DNA from: Verrucomicrobiia bacterium
GTDB lineage: Bacteria; Verrucomicrobiota; Verrucomicrobiia; Opitutales; Cerasicoccaceae
Reading direction: 5' to 3'
Assembly (NCBI GenBank): GCA_030425485.1
Contig: JAUIAM010000014.1
Location: 1,810 to 65,809 of the forward strand
Length of the DNA: 64,000 nt
Part shown: positions 18,249 to 27,554 of the stretch, one piece after another
How positions within the stretch are numbered: position 1 is the first letter of the stretch
Layout: each line of letters begins with the position of its first letter
Made by a program: the position numbers and the translations under genes
Notes under the pieces: model-generated
Database searches by the model: none
Seen by the model: only the letters and a program-made list of their open reading frames with translations
What the model was told of the DNA's origin: nothing

Positions 18249-21200
18249 TTGCCCAAGCAATCTACTAGTTCTAAAGTCCGGTTCACGCCGAATGTGTTCG
18301 GTCTCATCGTCGCCGCGATCATCTTCGCGGTGGGGAGCATTGTGGTTGCTTATGTATACATCGAGGCGCGCCAGACGCAGATTAACGCCATACGCAGCGA
18401 CCTGGAGCGACTCGCCCGTCTGGCCGCGGCGCAGATCAATGGCGATCGCCACGCGCAACTGAAGTCTGAGCAGCAGGAGGGTGAGTTCATACACGGACTG
18501 CTGCTGGAGGCATTGATCAATTTTCACAACGCGCTACCGGACATTGACCGCCTCTACACGCTGACTCCCCTCAAGGGAGACGATTTTAACATCGTGCTGG
18601 ATACCTCGCAGAACATCCGCGGCATGGAGGTAAAGCGCCCGCATCAGGTCGTCATGGTCAAGCTGATGGAGTTTTATGACGGCGAGTACAGCGACGATGA
18701 CCTGTCCTCCATCCTCGCGCTCAACGGACAGGAAGCCTACGCGACTCAGGAGCCGTACACCGACCGTTTTGGACGCTTCATGTCGGGTTTTGCTCCGGTG
18801 TTGGACTCGAACGGCAACCGGGTGGCCATCGTCGGGATGGACCTCTCCTATGATAAGTACATCAGCCGACTCAACGATGTCCGCGGGGTTGCCGTGGGTG
18901 GTTTGCTCCTTTTGTTTGCCATCAGCTCGCTCATCGGGCTGGTCTCGACCTGGGTGCAGCGCTCCTTGCTCAAGGCAGAAGACGTGAAAAACCGCGCCCG
19001 GCGGCGTTCACTCCAATCCCTTGAGGAGCTGGAGTACAACCAGAAGCTGCTCAAGGCGATTGCGGAGATGAACCGCATCATCCTGAGTAACCCGAATCTG
19101 GACAAATCCATCAGCCGTGCTCTGCGCATTGTGGGTGAAGCCGCAGGCGTAGACCGCGTCTACATGATGGAGCACCACATTGAGGCCGAGACGGGTGATG
19201 TGATCGCGAGTGAGCAGTTTGACTGGGCGCGTACGGGGATCGAGTCCCACCGCAACGATCCGTTGTTCGAGCAGCTGTCGTATCGTCGCCTCGGGTTTAG
19301 CCACTGGTACGAGCGTTTCAAGGAGGGCAAGGAGATCCTCGGTTTCGTCCACAGCATGTCTTCGGCAGAGTCCGCCTTCCTGCGCACCTTCCAGGTACGG
19401 TCGATTTTCTGCTGTCCGATTTTGTTCAATAAGCATTGCTGGGGCTACATGGCCCTGGAGGATTGCCGTAACGAGCGCTCCTGGACAGAGGAGCAGCGCG
19501 CCATTATCGCCGCCTCGGCCCGCAACCTCGGTGCGGCGATCAAACGTAAGCAGGAGGAGGATGCTCGGCGTGTGGCCGACGAGCGTTTCCGTGCGATCTT
19601 TGAGCAGTCGCCCATCGGCATGGTCATTAACGATACGGAGGGCAATTTCGCCCAGGCCAATCAGGCCTTTTTGAGCATTTTGGGCTATACGGGAGAGGGC
19701 ATCCGCAAGCGTAACTACCGCGACTTTATTCCCGAAGACCGTAGCGTGCAGCTTGAGGTCGAGCGCGCGCGGTTGGATTCCGACGGCAGCTATGGCCCGC
19801 TCCAGTCGGTTTACCTCCATCGCGACGGCCACCGTATCGACGTGCTGGCCCAGGGGATTCTCATTGAGGCGAAGGAAGGGGAGCGACAGATCGTTTCGAT
19901 TATCCAGGACATCACCGAGCGTTTACGGCACGAAGAGCAGATGCGCAAGGCCCTCGAAGATGCCGACGCGGCTAACCGGGCCAAGGGCGAGTTTCTCGCG
20001 ACGATGAGCCACGAAATCCGTACTCCGATGAACGGCGTAGTCGGCATGACCGGGCTGCTCATGGAAACAGAGCTCAACTCCCAGCAGCGGGATTACGTCG
20101 AGACCATCCAGCAAAGCGGTGAGGCCCTTCTGGCCATCATCAACGACATTCTCGACTTTTCTAAAATTGAGGCCGGACGCATGGACCTGCAGGAGCACGC
20201 CTTTAGCCTGCGCGACTGTGTCGAAGCCACCATGGAGTTGCTCGGCCCCAAGGCCACAGAGAAGGGGCTGCGCATGGCCTACCTCATCGACCCCAGCCTG
20301 CATCGCAGCTTCCTCGGAGACGAGACACGCATCCGGCAGGTGCTTTTCAACCTCGTGGGCAACGCGGTCAAATTCACCGAAAGCGGTGAGATTGGCGTGC
20401 GCATCGGGGTTCTCAGTAGCGACAAGGAAGGTTGCGAAATCAAAGTCGAAGTCTCGGATACGGGCATTGGTATTGCCCAGGACAAGATGGACCGCCTCTT
20501 CCAGTCATTCAGCCAGGTGGACACCTCTTCGACGCGGCGTCACGGCGGCACCGGTTTGGGCTTGGTCATCAGCCAGAAGCTTATCCAGCGTATGGGTGGA
20601 AAAATCTGGGTGGACAGCACGATCGGGGAGGGCACACGCTTCTCCTTTATCATCCCGCTCAAGCAGACCAATGCCGATTTGCCAGACCAGGACGAGATCG
20701 CCGTGCCCGACCTCAAGGGCAAGCACGCTCTCTTGCTCGAACCCTACAAGCTTTCCCGCGATTTTTATTGTCAGCAGTTGAAGGCGTTGGAGCTTGAGGT
20801 GACCGCTTTTGAGTCTGCTCAGGACTGTCAGGCTTGGGCCAATGATGGCGGTAAGGCAGACTTGGCGCTCTTGGGGCAATCTGAGCAGGCTTACGATGTG
20901 CTCTCGGTGGCCAAGGAGTTGAACACCATTTATCGGGATGACTTAAGCCTTGTCCTGGTCCGGCACAGCAATGCCAAGCTGACTCCCGAGCTGGAGGAAT
21001 GCTTTAGCGCGACTTTCCTGCCTACCTACCGTATTGGGACATTGGCCAAGCACCTCGCCACGGCCCTGAATCTCACCCAGCGGACTTTCTCCAAGCACTC
21101 TATCCCGCCGATGAATGTCGAGGCGCCGGACACGGGGCAGCGCTTAAGCATCCTGATGGCTGAGGACAACAAGGTGAACCAGAAGGTCACCAGCCTGCTG

Positions 21201-21542
21201 CTCAAGAAAATGGGCTACGAGGCCGATATCGCCAACAACGGGCTTGAGGTGCTGGAGGCGCTAAAACACAAGGACTACCACGTTATCCTCATGGACATGC
21301 ACATGCCGGAAATGGATGGGCTGGAGGCCACGCGGACGGTGCGCCGCGAGTTGCCCGACGACAAGCAGCCCTACATTATTGCGCTCACAGCCAGCGCGTT
21401 TCAGGACTTCAAACAAGAGTGCCACGATGCCGGAGTGAATGCTTTCCTGACGAAGCCCTTGCGTGCGGATGCGCTCCAAAAGCACCTGAAAGATGTCGAG
21501 CGCACGCTTTACGGAGAGCCCATGGGGCGCTCTCGTTCCTGA
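18249..21542 (+). CDS. Hybrid sensor histidine kinase / response regulator (periplasmic sensor, GAF, PAS, HisKA, HATPase_c, degenerate receiver-like spacer, REC)
   Basis: H-box [16 protein letters not shown]-box [22 protein letters not shown] and a C-terminal REC ([11 protein letters not shown]...[12 protein letters not shown]...TKP). TTG start. Confidence 0.85.
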   Translation: MPKQSTSSKVRFTPNVFGLIVAAIIFAVGSIVVAYVYIEARQTQINAIRSDLERLARLAAAQINGDRHAQLKSEQQEGEFIHGLLLEALINFHNALPDIDRLYTLTPLKGDDFNIVLDTSQNIRGMEVKRPHQVVMVKLMEFYDGEYSDDDLSSILALNGQEAYATQEPYTDRFGRFMSGFAPVLDSNGNRVAIVGMDLSYDKYISRLNDVRGVAVGGLLLLFAISSLIGLVSTWVQRSLLKAEDVKNRARRRSLQSLEELEYNQKLLKAIAEMNRIILSNPNLDKSISRALRIVGEAAGVDRVYMMEHHIEAETGDVIASEQFDWARTGIESHRNDPLFEQLSYRRLGFSHWYERFKEGKEILGFVHSMSSAESAFLRTFQVRSIFCCPILFNKHCWGYMALEDCRNERSWTEEQRAIIAASARNLGAAIKRKQEEDARRVADERFRAIFEQSPIGMVINDTEGNFAQANQAFLSILGYTGEGIRKRNYRDFIPEDRSVQLEVERARLDSDGSYGPLQSVYLHRDGHRIDVLAQGILIEAKEGERQIVSIIQDITERLRHEEQMRKALEDADAANRAKGEFLATMSHEIRTPMNGVVGMTGLLMETELNSQQRDYVETIQQSGEALLAIINDILDFSKIEAGRMDLQEHAFSLRDCVEATMELLGPKATEKGLRMAYLIDPSLHRSFLGDETRIRQVLFNLVGNAVKFTESGEIGVRIGVLSSDKEGCEIKVEVSDTGIGIAQDKMDRLFQSFSQVDTSSTRRHGGTGLGLVISQKLIQRMGGKIWVDSTIGEGTRFSFIIPLKQTNADLPDQDEIAVPDLKGKHALLLEPYKLSRDFYCQQLKALELEVTAFESAQDCQAWANDGGKADLALLGQSEQAYDVLSVAKELNTIYRDDLSLVLVRHSNAKLTPELEECFSATFLPTYRIGTLAKHLATALNLTQRTFSKHSIPPMNVEAPDTGQRLSILMAEDNKVNQKVTSLLLKKMGYEADIANNGLEVLEALKHKDYHVILMDMHMPEMDGLEATRTVRRELPDDKQPYIIALTASAFQDFKQECHDAGVNAFLTKPLRADALQKHLKDVERTLYGEPMGRSRS

Positions 21543-21546
21543 GGGC

Positions 21547-21933
21547 TCACTGGCATTTTACGCAACGGCCAAAAATAATGACTTCCTCACCCTCGTAAAT
21601 GTAATCGGGGGATTTCTCTATCTTGTCCATGACCGAGGGCGTCTCACCCGGTAAAATAAAGACCTGGTTACAATTGCGACAGATAAAGTGTGGGTGGTGT
21701 CCGCCATCGGCATGGGGGAGTTCGTAGCGAACGGGTTGCCCGGGAAACTGCACCCGAACGAGCAGAAATTCCTTTATCATCTCTGCCAGATTGCGAAAAA
21801 CAGTCCGCTGGCCGATCCGTGGGCAATGGGTCTTGGCCAACTCGTAGATCTCCTCCGCTCGCAGAGGGCGGGGAGAACTCTCCAAGGCCTTGATGATGGC
21901 CTGCTTCTGCTTCGTATTTCGACTGTCAGGCAT
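21547..21933 (-). CDS. Fur-family metalloregulator (Fur/Zur/PerR subtype not resolved)
   Basis: 128 aa with a winged-helix N-terminus (...QRTVFRNL...), HHPHFICRNCNQV and a C-terminal CVKC motif. Confidence 0.8.
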   Translation of the reverse strand: MPDSRNTKQKQAIIKALESSPRPLRAEEIYELAKTHCPRIGQRTVFRNLAEMIKEFLLVRVQFPGQPVRYELPHADGGHHPHFICRNCNQVFILPGETPSVMDKIEKSPDYIYEGEEVIIFGRCVKCQ

Positions 21934-22098
21934 GGTTCTGGGGGTTTATCGTAGGCCAATGCGGATGGCTTACAATGTAAATTATCCATTAGTGAGGCTA
22001 ACATAAGCATAATTTAGAATTTATTTGGGTTATAGTCTTGACGTATGGTTAGTATCTTATTGGCATTTGAATGTCATTTGAGGATCAATTTAACTGCT

Positions 22099-22737
22099 AT
22101 GCGTATAAAAAAACTCACCCAAACTTCCTCCCGCCTCGCCCGCGCTCTTGTCGCTGGCATACTGCTGTCCGCTGCCAGTGCTCACGCTGCCATTGATTTC
22201 AACTTCAACGGCATTCTCGTTGACACGCAGTTTGTCGCTGGTACTGGCAGCAACAGCGCCATGATCGTGGTTTCCTATCCCGACAGCACTGGCCAGGCCT
22301 TTGCTTTTAATTACCAGTGGGACGGCGCGGCTACGCTGAACATGGCCTTCGACGCTATTCAGACCGCGAGCGCGGGCGATTTCGTCTGGGACGGGCAGGC
22401 CTTTGTTCTGCAGATGGACTACTTCGATCCAGACACCACGACGCAGTACGACAGCAGCAACTCGGGCTGGATGGCCTACTGGAGCACGGCCAACAGCGAT
22501 GCCACCGGCTGGTCGTCCAATGCAGTCGGCATTTTTGACCAGAATGTACTCGATGGCAGTTGGCAGTGGGTCAACGCCGATACCGAGCTCACCGCAGGTC
22601 CGGAGAACAACTGGTCCGGTCCGACACCGGATGCCTACGGCACGGTCATCGTTCCCGAGCCTTCCCGGTTTGCTCTTGCTGGAGGTTTTGCTGCTGCCAT
22701 TTTCTTGATGGTTCGCCGCAAACGCACCCATGCCTAA
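22099..22737 (+). CDS. PEP-CTERM-anchored secreted protein
   Basis: Signal peptide (...AASAHA) and C-terminal VPEPSRFALAGGFAAAIFLMVRRKR (PEP motif + TM + basic tail). ATG 22099 is preferred over the ORF-track start at 22045. Confidence 0.8.
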   Translation: MRIKKLTQTSSRLARALVAGILLSAASAHAAIDFNFNGILVDTQFVAGTGSNSAMIVVSYPDSTGQAFAFNYQWDGAATLNMAFDAIQTASAGDFVWDGQAFVLQMDYFDPDTTTQYDSSNSGWMAYWSTANSDATGWSSNAVGIFDQNVLDGSWQWVNADTELTAGPENNWSGPTPDAYGTVIVPEPSRFALAGGFAAAIFLMVRRKRTHA

Positions 22738-24067
22738 TTTAAAAAAGCTTTCGTTCGTGCACCTGCCGCTGCTGGCCGTCCTGGCTGGCGCGGCGGGTTC
22801 GCTTTATGCCGGCCCGTATTCCGCGGGCACGCATGACTCCACTAATGCCTGGGATGCGCCCGTACCGGGCTTCGTTGGCCCGGATGGCGTTGGCTATTTC
22901 TCTCAAACAGGAGACAGTGCGAACTACGTCAATCCCCTCTACCTGGGTTGGGCCAGTAGCGTCGTCGAGTACGACCCGGCCGAAAACCCGAACTTTACGG
23001 GCGCGCTCTACCCGGAGACGGCCATCCTTGGCCCGGTGACGGGTGACGTCTACGACATCGCTGCGCTGGGTGAGCCCCCGGCAGCAGATTGGGAAGCCGG
23101 AACGGCCGAGCCGGGCACCATCACGGTCAGCTTTGACCGCGCGATCAAAAATCTACAGGGCGCAGACTTTACCGTCTACGAAAACGGGTTTGCCCAATAC
23201 GACTTTCAAAACGAAACCCTGAGCGAACTCGTTTTGGCTGAGTTGGCCTACGTCGAGGTTTCTAGCAATGGCCTGGACTGGGCGCGCTTTCCCTCCGACT
23301 CGCAGACCCCGTCCAAGCTGGGCAGCTATGCGCCGCTCGATCCGACCAATGTCTACAACTTGGTGGGGAAGCACGTAAACGCATACACGGATTACGGGAA
23401 TGCGTCCTGGGGCACGCCCTTTGATCTGTCTACCCTCGAAGACGAGCAAACCGTGATAGACGGCCTGGTCGATCTCAATGCCATCTGGTATGTCCGCATC
23501 GTGGATATTCCCGGCAATGGAGATAGCCTGGATGCCAGCGGCGATCCCATTTACGACGGCTACCCGCAGCTTTTCGGGGCTCTGGGGGCAGATATTGAGG
23601 CCATCGGCCAGATCAATGTCGGGAGCGATTTTAACTACTGGCGCAGCTACTTCGGGTTAGGGGTAGAACTGGCAACAAGCGACAGCGACGGCGATCAAAT
23701 CCCGCTGCTGCTGGAGTACGCTTTTGGGCTCGACCCGCTGCACTACAATGCGGACGCCCCCTTTGGCATGCAGTACCGCGAAGGTCAGACCGCCTTTGTT
23801 TTTCGCCGTGATGTGCGGGCTGAGGACTTGACCTACATCGTGCAGTCGAGCCCGTCTCTCAGTGTCCCGGATTGGCAGGAAATCGCCCGCAGTGAAGCCG
23901 GCGCCTCCGTCACTACCAGCATGCCCGAGGCCTTTGCCGTGAGCGAAGTTTCCGCCTCGGACATATACTCTGTCCAGAGTGTGCGCGAGGTGCGCATTAC
24001 CGCTTTAAATACCCCCCCACCAGACACAACCCTGTTCTACCGCGTGCTCGTTGAATCAGCTCCCTAA
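22730..24067 (+). CDS. Secreted hypothetical protein (signal peptide, no recognisable anchor)
   Basis: MPNLKKLSFVHLPLLAVLAGAAGSLYAG signal peptide. Internal ...GADFTVYENGF... and DSDGDQIPLLLEYAFGLDP motifs. ATG overlaps the stop of the PEP-CTERM gene. Confidence 0.6.
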   Translation: MPNLKKLSFVHLPLLAVLAGAAGSLYAGPYSAGTHDSTNAWDAPVPGFVGPDGVGYFSQTGDSANYVNPLYLGWASSVVEYDPAENPNFTGALYPETAILGPVTGDVYDIAALGEPPAADWEAGTAEPGTITVSFDRAIKNLQGADFTVYENGFAQYDFQNETLSELVLAELAYVEVSSNGLDWARFPSDSQTPSKLGSYAPLDPTNVYNLVGKHVNAYTDYGNASWGTPFDLSTLEDEQTVIDGLVDLNAIWYVRIVDIPGNGDSLDASGDPIYDGYPQLFGALGADIEAIGQINVGSDFNYWRSYFGLGVELATSDSDGDQIPLLLEYAFGLDPLHYNADAPFGMQYREGQTAFVFRRDVRAEDLTYIVQSSPSLSVPDWQEIARSEAGASVTTSMPEAFAVSEVSASDIYSVQSVREVRITALNTPPPDTTLFYRVLVESAP

Positions 24068-24073
24068 GACAGG

Positions 24074-24910
24074 ATGAAACAGAGGTTCTTTTACCCACGC
24101 AGTAAACCAGCTTTTTCACTCATCGAGCTGCTGGCAGCCATCGCTATTGTAACGGTGCTGTGCTCCATCGTGCTGTTTTCCGTCAGTCACATCCGGGACA
24201 CGGCCATGCAGGCCCAGTCGGCTTCCAATTTACGCCAACTGGCGGCGGCCAATTTGACCTACAGCTCTGAACACGCAACGTTCTGCCCCGGTTCCCATTT
24301 AAACAACCTCATCCGCTGGCACGGTGCGCGAAGCCGGGTAGGGGCGGAGTTCGACCCGACGAAGGGTTACCTCTCTCCCTATCTGGGTAAAGACGGCCAG
24401 ATAGGCATGTGCCCCAAGCTGGATGCGCTTCGCTCTGAGTACAGCTCCAGCGCATCGTTTGAGAGCGGAACCGGGGGCTATGGCTACAACTCAGCCTACC
24501 TGGGCAGCAGTGCGCCCAACATGAGCATTGAGGAGTACATCGAAAGGCGAGACGCAGAGCTCGGGACGCCACCCGAGCGCATCCACCGGGTGGAAGAGCC
24601 CGCCAACACGCTCATGTTTGCCACGGTCGCATTCCCGCGCGCGGATGGCCTGCAGGAGTACGCCAGCGCCGAGCCCTATTATCACATGATGGCTGGCATG
24701 CGCCTCAGCGGGGCCGACCCCAGCGTCCACTTCCGCTTTGACGGAAAGGCGCTCGTAGCCTGGGTGGACGGCCACGTCAGCGCGGAGCCGCCAGCCCGGA
24801 TTGGCGATGTGAACATCTATGGCGGCAATGCGGCCAAGTACCAGATCGGTTGGGTGGGGCCCGAGGAGGACAATGGCTACTGGAACACGCGCAAGCGCGG
24901 CACGGACTGA
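24074..24910 (+). CDS. Prepilin-type N-terminal cleavage/methylation domain protein (pseudopilin-like)
   Basis: PAFSLIELLAAIAIVTVL N-terminal motif. The C-terminal FDGKALVAWVDGHV resembles the conserved tail of the expanded PVC pseudopilin-like class. Confidence 0.75.
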   Translation: MKQRFFYPRSKPAFSLIELLAAIAIVTVLCSIVLFSVSHIRDTAMQAQSASNLRQLAAANLTYSSEHATFCPGSHLNNLIRWHGARSRVGAEFDPTKGYLSPYLGKDGQIGMCPKLDALRSEYSSSASFESGTGGYGYNSAYLGSSAPNMSIEEYIERRDAELGTPPERIHRVEEPANTLMFATVAFPRADGLQEYASAEPYYHMMAGMRLSGADPSVHFRFDGKALVAWVDGHVSAEPPARIGDVNIYGGNAAKYQIGWVGPEEDNGYWNTRKRGTD

Positions 24911-25012
24911 GGCCGTGCGTCACACATTCGCTGTGGCAGGCTCGGTGCTTCGTGCGGGATTCGCCATATTGAGCTTGCCAGTGGCCAGCGTACTGCAAGC
25001 TTTAGGGGCCTG

Positions 25013-26041
25013 ATGAGTGAACAAAGTGCATCCCGCCCCGTCATCCTGTCCTGTGCGCAGGCCACGGGAAAACTCCACCTCGGCAATTACCTCGGAGCGG
25101 TCAAAAACTGGGTCAACCTGATCGAAGACAACGAGTGCTTTTTCGGCATCGTGGACATGCACGCTATCACCGTGCCGTACGTGCCGGCAGAATTGCGCCA
25201 GAACACCCTCGACTGCCTGCGCCAGTACATTGCCTGCGGGCTCGACCCGGAGAAGTGTCACCTTTTTCTCCAATCGCACGTCATCGGGCACGCCGAGTTG
25301 GCCTGGGTGCTGGGCTGCATAACGCCGCTGGGCAAGCTCGAGCGCATGACCCAGTTTAAGGACAAATCGCGCAAGCAGGAAGAGGCCGGCAGCGGGGGAT
25401 TTATCGGCTCTGGGCTGCTCTACTATCCGGTGCTCATGGCGGCCGACATCCTGCTCTATAACGCGGACCGCGTACCAGTGGGCGAAGACCAGAAGCAGCA
25501 CCTTGAATTGACGCGCGACATCGCCACCAAGTTTAACGAAACCTACTCAGAGACCTTCAAAGTGCCCGAGGTGGACATCCCCAAGAGCGGGGCGCGCATC
25601 ATGTCGTTGCAAAACCCCGAGGCCAAGATGTCCAAGTCTGATGCGAACCAGAACGGCACGCTCTACATCACCGATGACGAAAAGACGATTCGCAAGAAAA
25701 TCGGCAGCGCGGTAACGGACTCCGGCAGCGAGATCCGCGCAGGCGAAGACAAGCCCGGCATCACCAATTTGCTGAACATCCTAAGTGCGGCCTCCGGCAA
25801 GCCGGTTGACACCCTCGAAGGCGAGTTTGCGGGTAAGTCCTACGCCGACTTCAAGGCGGCTGTAGCTGACGCCGTGGTCGCCATGCTCGCCCCCATCCGC
25901 GAGAAATACGAGGCGATCAAGGACGACAAGGCTTACCTGCAGGGGGTCATCAAGTCCGGCGGCGACGCCGCCCAAAAGCGGGCCTATAAGACGCTAAGCA
26001 AGGTCATGCGCAAGGCTGGCTTTGTCGAACGCCCCCGCTAG
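25013..26041 (+). CDS. trpS: Tryptophan--tRNA ligase
   Basis: Class-I signatures GKLHLGNYLG (HIGH-type) and KMSKS, plus GEDQKQHLELTRD. Confidence 0.95.
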   Translation: MSEQSASRPVILSCAQATGKLHLGNYLGAVKNWVNLIEDNECFFGIVDMHAITVPYVPAELRQNTLDCLRQYIACGLDPEKCHLFLQSHVIGHAELAWVLGCITPLGKLERMTQFKDKSRKQEEAGSGGFIGSGLLYYPVLMAADILLYNADRVPVGEDQKQHLELTRDIATKFNETYSETFKVPEVDIPKSGARIMSLQNPEAKMSKSDANQNGTLYITDDEKTIRKKIGSAVTDSGSEIRAGEDKPGITNLLNILSAASGKPVDTLEGEFAGKSYADFKAAVADAVVAMLAPIREKYEAIKDDKAYLQGVIKSGGDAAQKRAYKTLSKVMRKAGFVERPR

Positions 26042-26339
26042 GCTGTGTTAACTTAGTTCTTGTCTAAACGATTTCACCGCAGAGACGCAAAGTCGCAGAG
26101 CTACTCGGCTACCTCATCGTCATTTTGTGTATTTTGTGCCTTTTTGTGGCCATCTGCATTTTATAATGAACTTGGCTAACAGCCCAGGCTGTGTCTTGCC
26201 GGATAGCTTGTGTTTTCGGTCAGTTGCTCGTATCTATGCGTTGAGCATTTGTGCGTGCTCTGGGCTGGCCCTGTGCGATAGATGCGCTTAATGTAGGATG
26301 AAACTTTAAAAATCGTTTGTGATATTTGGTGATTTGTGA

Positions 26340-27530
26340 ATGATGGGCGCTGGAGATCAAACAGTGGAGTATTTAGGTGAATACGGGAGCGTGACGGTGG
26401 CCGAGCGGGTGGTACAGCGCATCTGGCAGCGTCAGGCTTTCACAGAGCGTGGTTTGCTCACCCTCGGGGGCAAGCGGGTCCGCGTGCGTGACCCCGGGCG
26501 CTGGAATCACCACGAGGGGCCAGATTTTCGCGAGGCAGAGCTGACGCTCGACGGCGAGATGGTGCGCGGTGACGTGGAGGTGCACTTTTACCCGCAGGAC
26601 TGGTTTCTCCACGGGCATGACCGCAACGCTAACTTTGACCACGTGGTGCTGCATGTGTGCCTCTTTCCGCCGAGGCGGGATTTTCGCAGTGGAGGCGGGG
26701 AGGGGGCATGTCCGGAAACGCTCGTTCTGCTGGAGCACCTGAGTCAGGATCTGGAAAGCTACGCCAATGAAGAAGCCCTGCTCGCGCTGGAGGGGCGCAG
26801 CCAGCCGGAGGCACGCGCGCGCTTCGGACTGGGGCCGCTGGAAGAGCGGCTGGATAAACTGCGTAAGGCGGCGACCCAGCGCTGGCGGCAAAAGGCGGCC
26901 TTTGCCCGCAAGCGACTCTCTGTCACGACTTGGGAACAAGCCTGCCACCAGTATACCTTGGAGGTACTGGGCTATCGTCGCAACCGTGCCCCCATGGGCA
27001 ACCTGGCCCTGCGTTATCCACTGGCAGAAATGCCTACCCATTCGGCGGATAGCCTGTTTGCGGAGCAGGCGGGGACGTGGCGTTTGAGCGGGCAGCGACC
27101 GGCCAACCACCCGCGTAAACGTCTGGAGCAGTACCTGAGACTTTTAAGACAGCGTCCCCAGTGGCCGCAGGACTTGCTTTTGGCCTGGGGTGAGCTTGCA
27201 TGGCCCGCGCTGGGGGAGGATACGGCAAAGCTCCGCAAAGCAATGCTCCGTGAGGCGCGCGGCTTGCTGGCGGATGAGGTGTTGGCTGGGTGCATTGGCG
27301 GGACGCGGCTGGATACGCTGGTGGTGGATGCGCTCTTGCCGCTGCTGGCCTGCAAGACGGGGGCGGATTGCTTTACGAGCTGGTTCCACTGGTGGGTGGG
27401 CGACATGCCGACCAGCCTGACGCCGCTCCTGCGCGAGGCGGACATCCTGGGAGCGGGCCGACCGGCCGCCAACGGGTGGCTACAAGGTGCGTGGCAGCAG
27501 TGGCTCGAAAGCGGCTTGTGTTCGGCCTGA
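26340..27530 (+). CDS. DUF2851-family protein
   Basis: ERVVQRIWQ...RVRVRDPGRWNHHEGPDFREAEL...GDVEVHFYPQDWFLHGHDRNANFDHVVLHV matches my memory of the DUF2851 N-terminal signature. Confidence 0.65.
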   Translation: MMGAGDQTVEYLGEYGSVTVAERVVQRIWQRQAFTERGLLTLGGKRVRVRDPGRWNHHEGPDFREAELTLDGEMVRGDVEVHFYPQDWFLHGHDRNANFDHVVLHVCLFPPRRDFRSGGGEGACPETLVLLEHLSQDLESYANEEALLALEGRSQPEARARFGLGPLEERLDKLRKAATQRWRQKAAFARKRLSVTTWEQACHQYTLEVLGYRRNRAPMGNLALRYPLAEMPTHSADSLFAEQAGTWRLSGQRPANHPRKRLEQYLRLLRQRPQWPQDLLLAWGELAWPALGEDTAKLRKAMLREARGLLADEVLAGCIGGTRLDTLVVDALLPLLACKTGADCFTSWFHWWVGDMPTSLTPLLREADILGAGRPAANGWLQGAWQQWLESGLCSA

Positions 27531-27554
27531 TTTCTGTGATGATTTGAGGCAGCC

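Noticed and set aside
22045-22098. N-terminal extensions proposed by the ORF track for several genes (22045, 10476, 33648, 36249, 39075, 40302, 18169, 1989).
   Set aside because: In each case an internal ATG gives the canonical family N-terminus (a signal peptide, a Rossmann start, and so on) and/or creates an ATGA overlap with the upstream gene. The extensions start at non-ATG codons.
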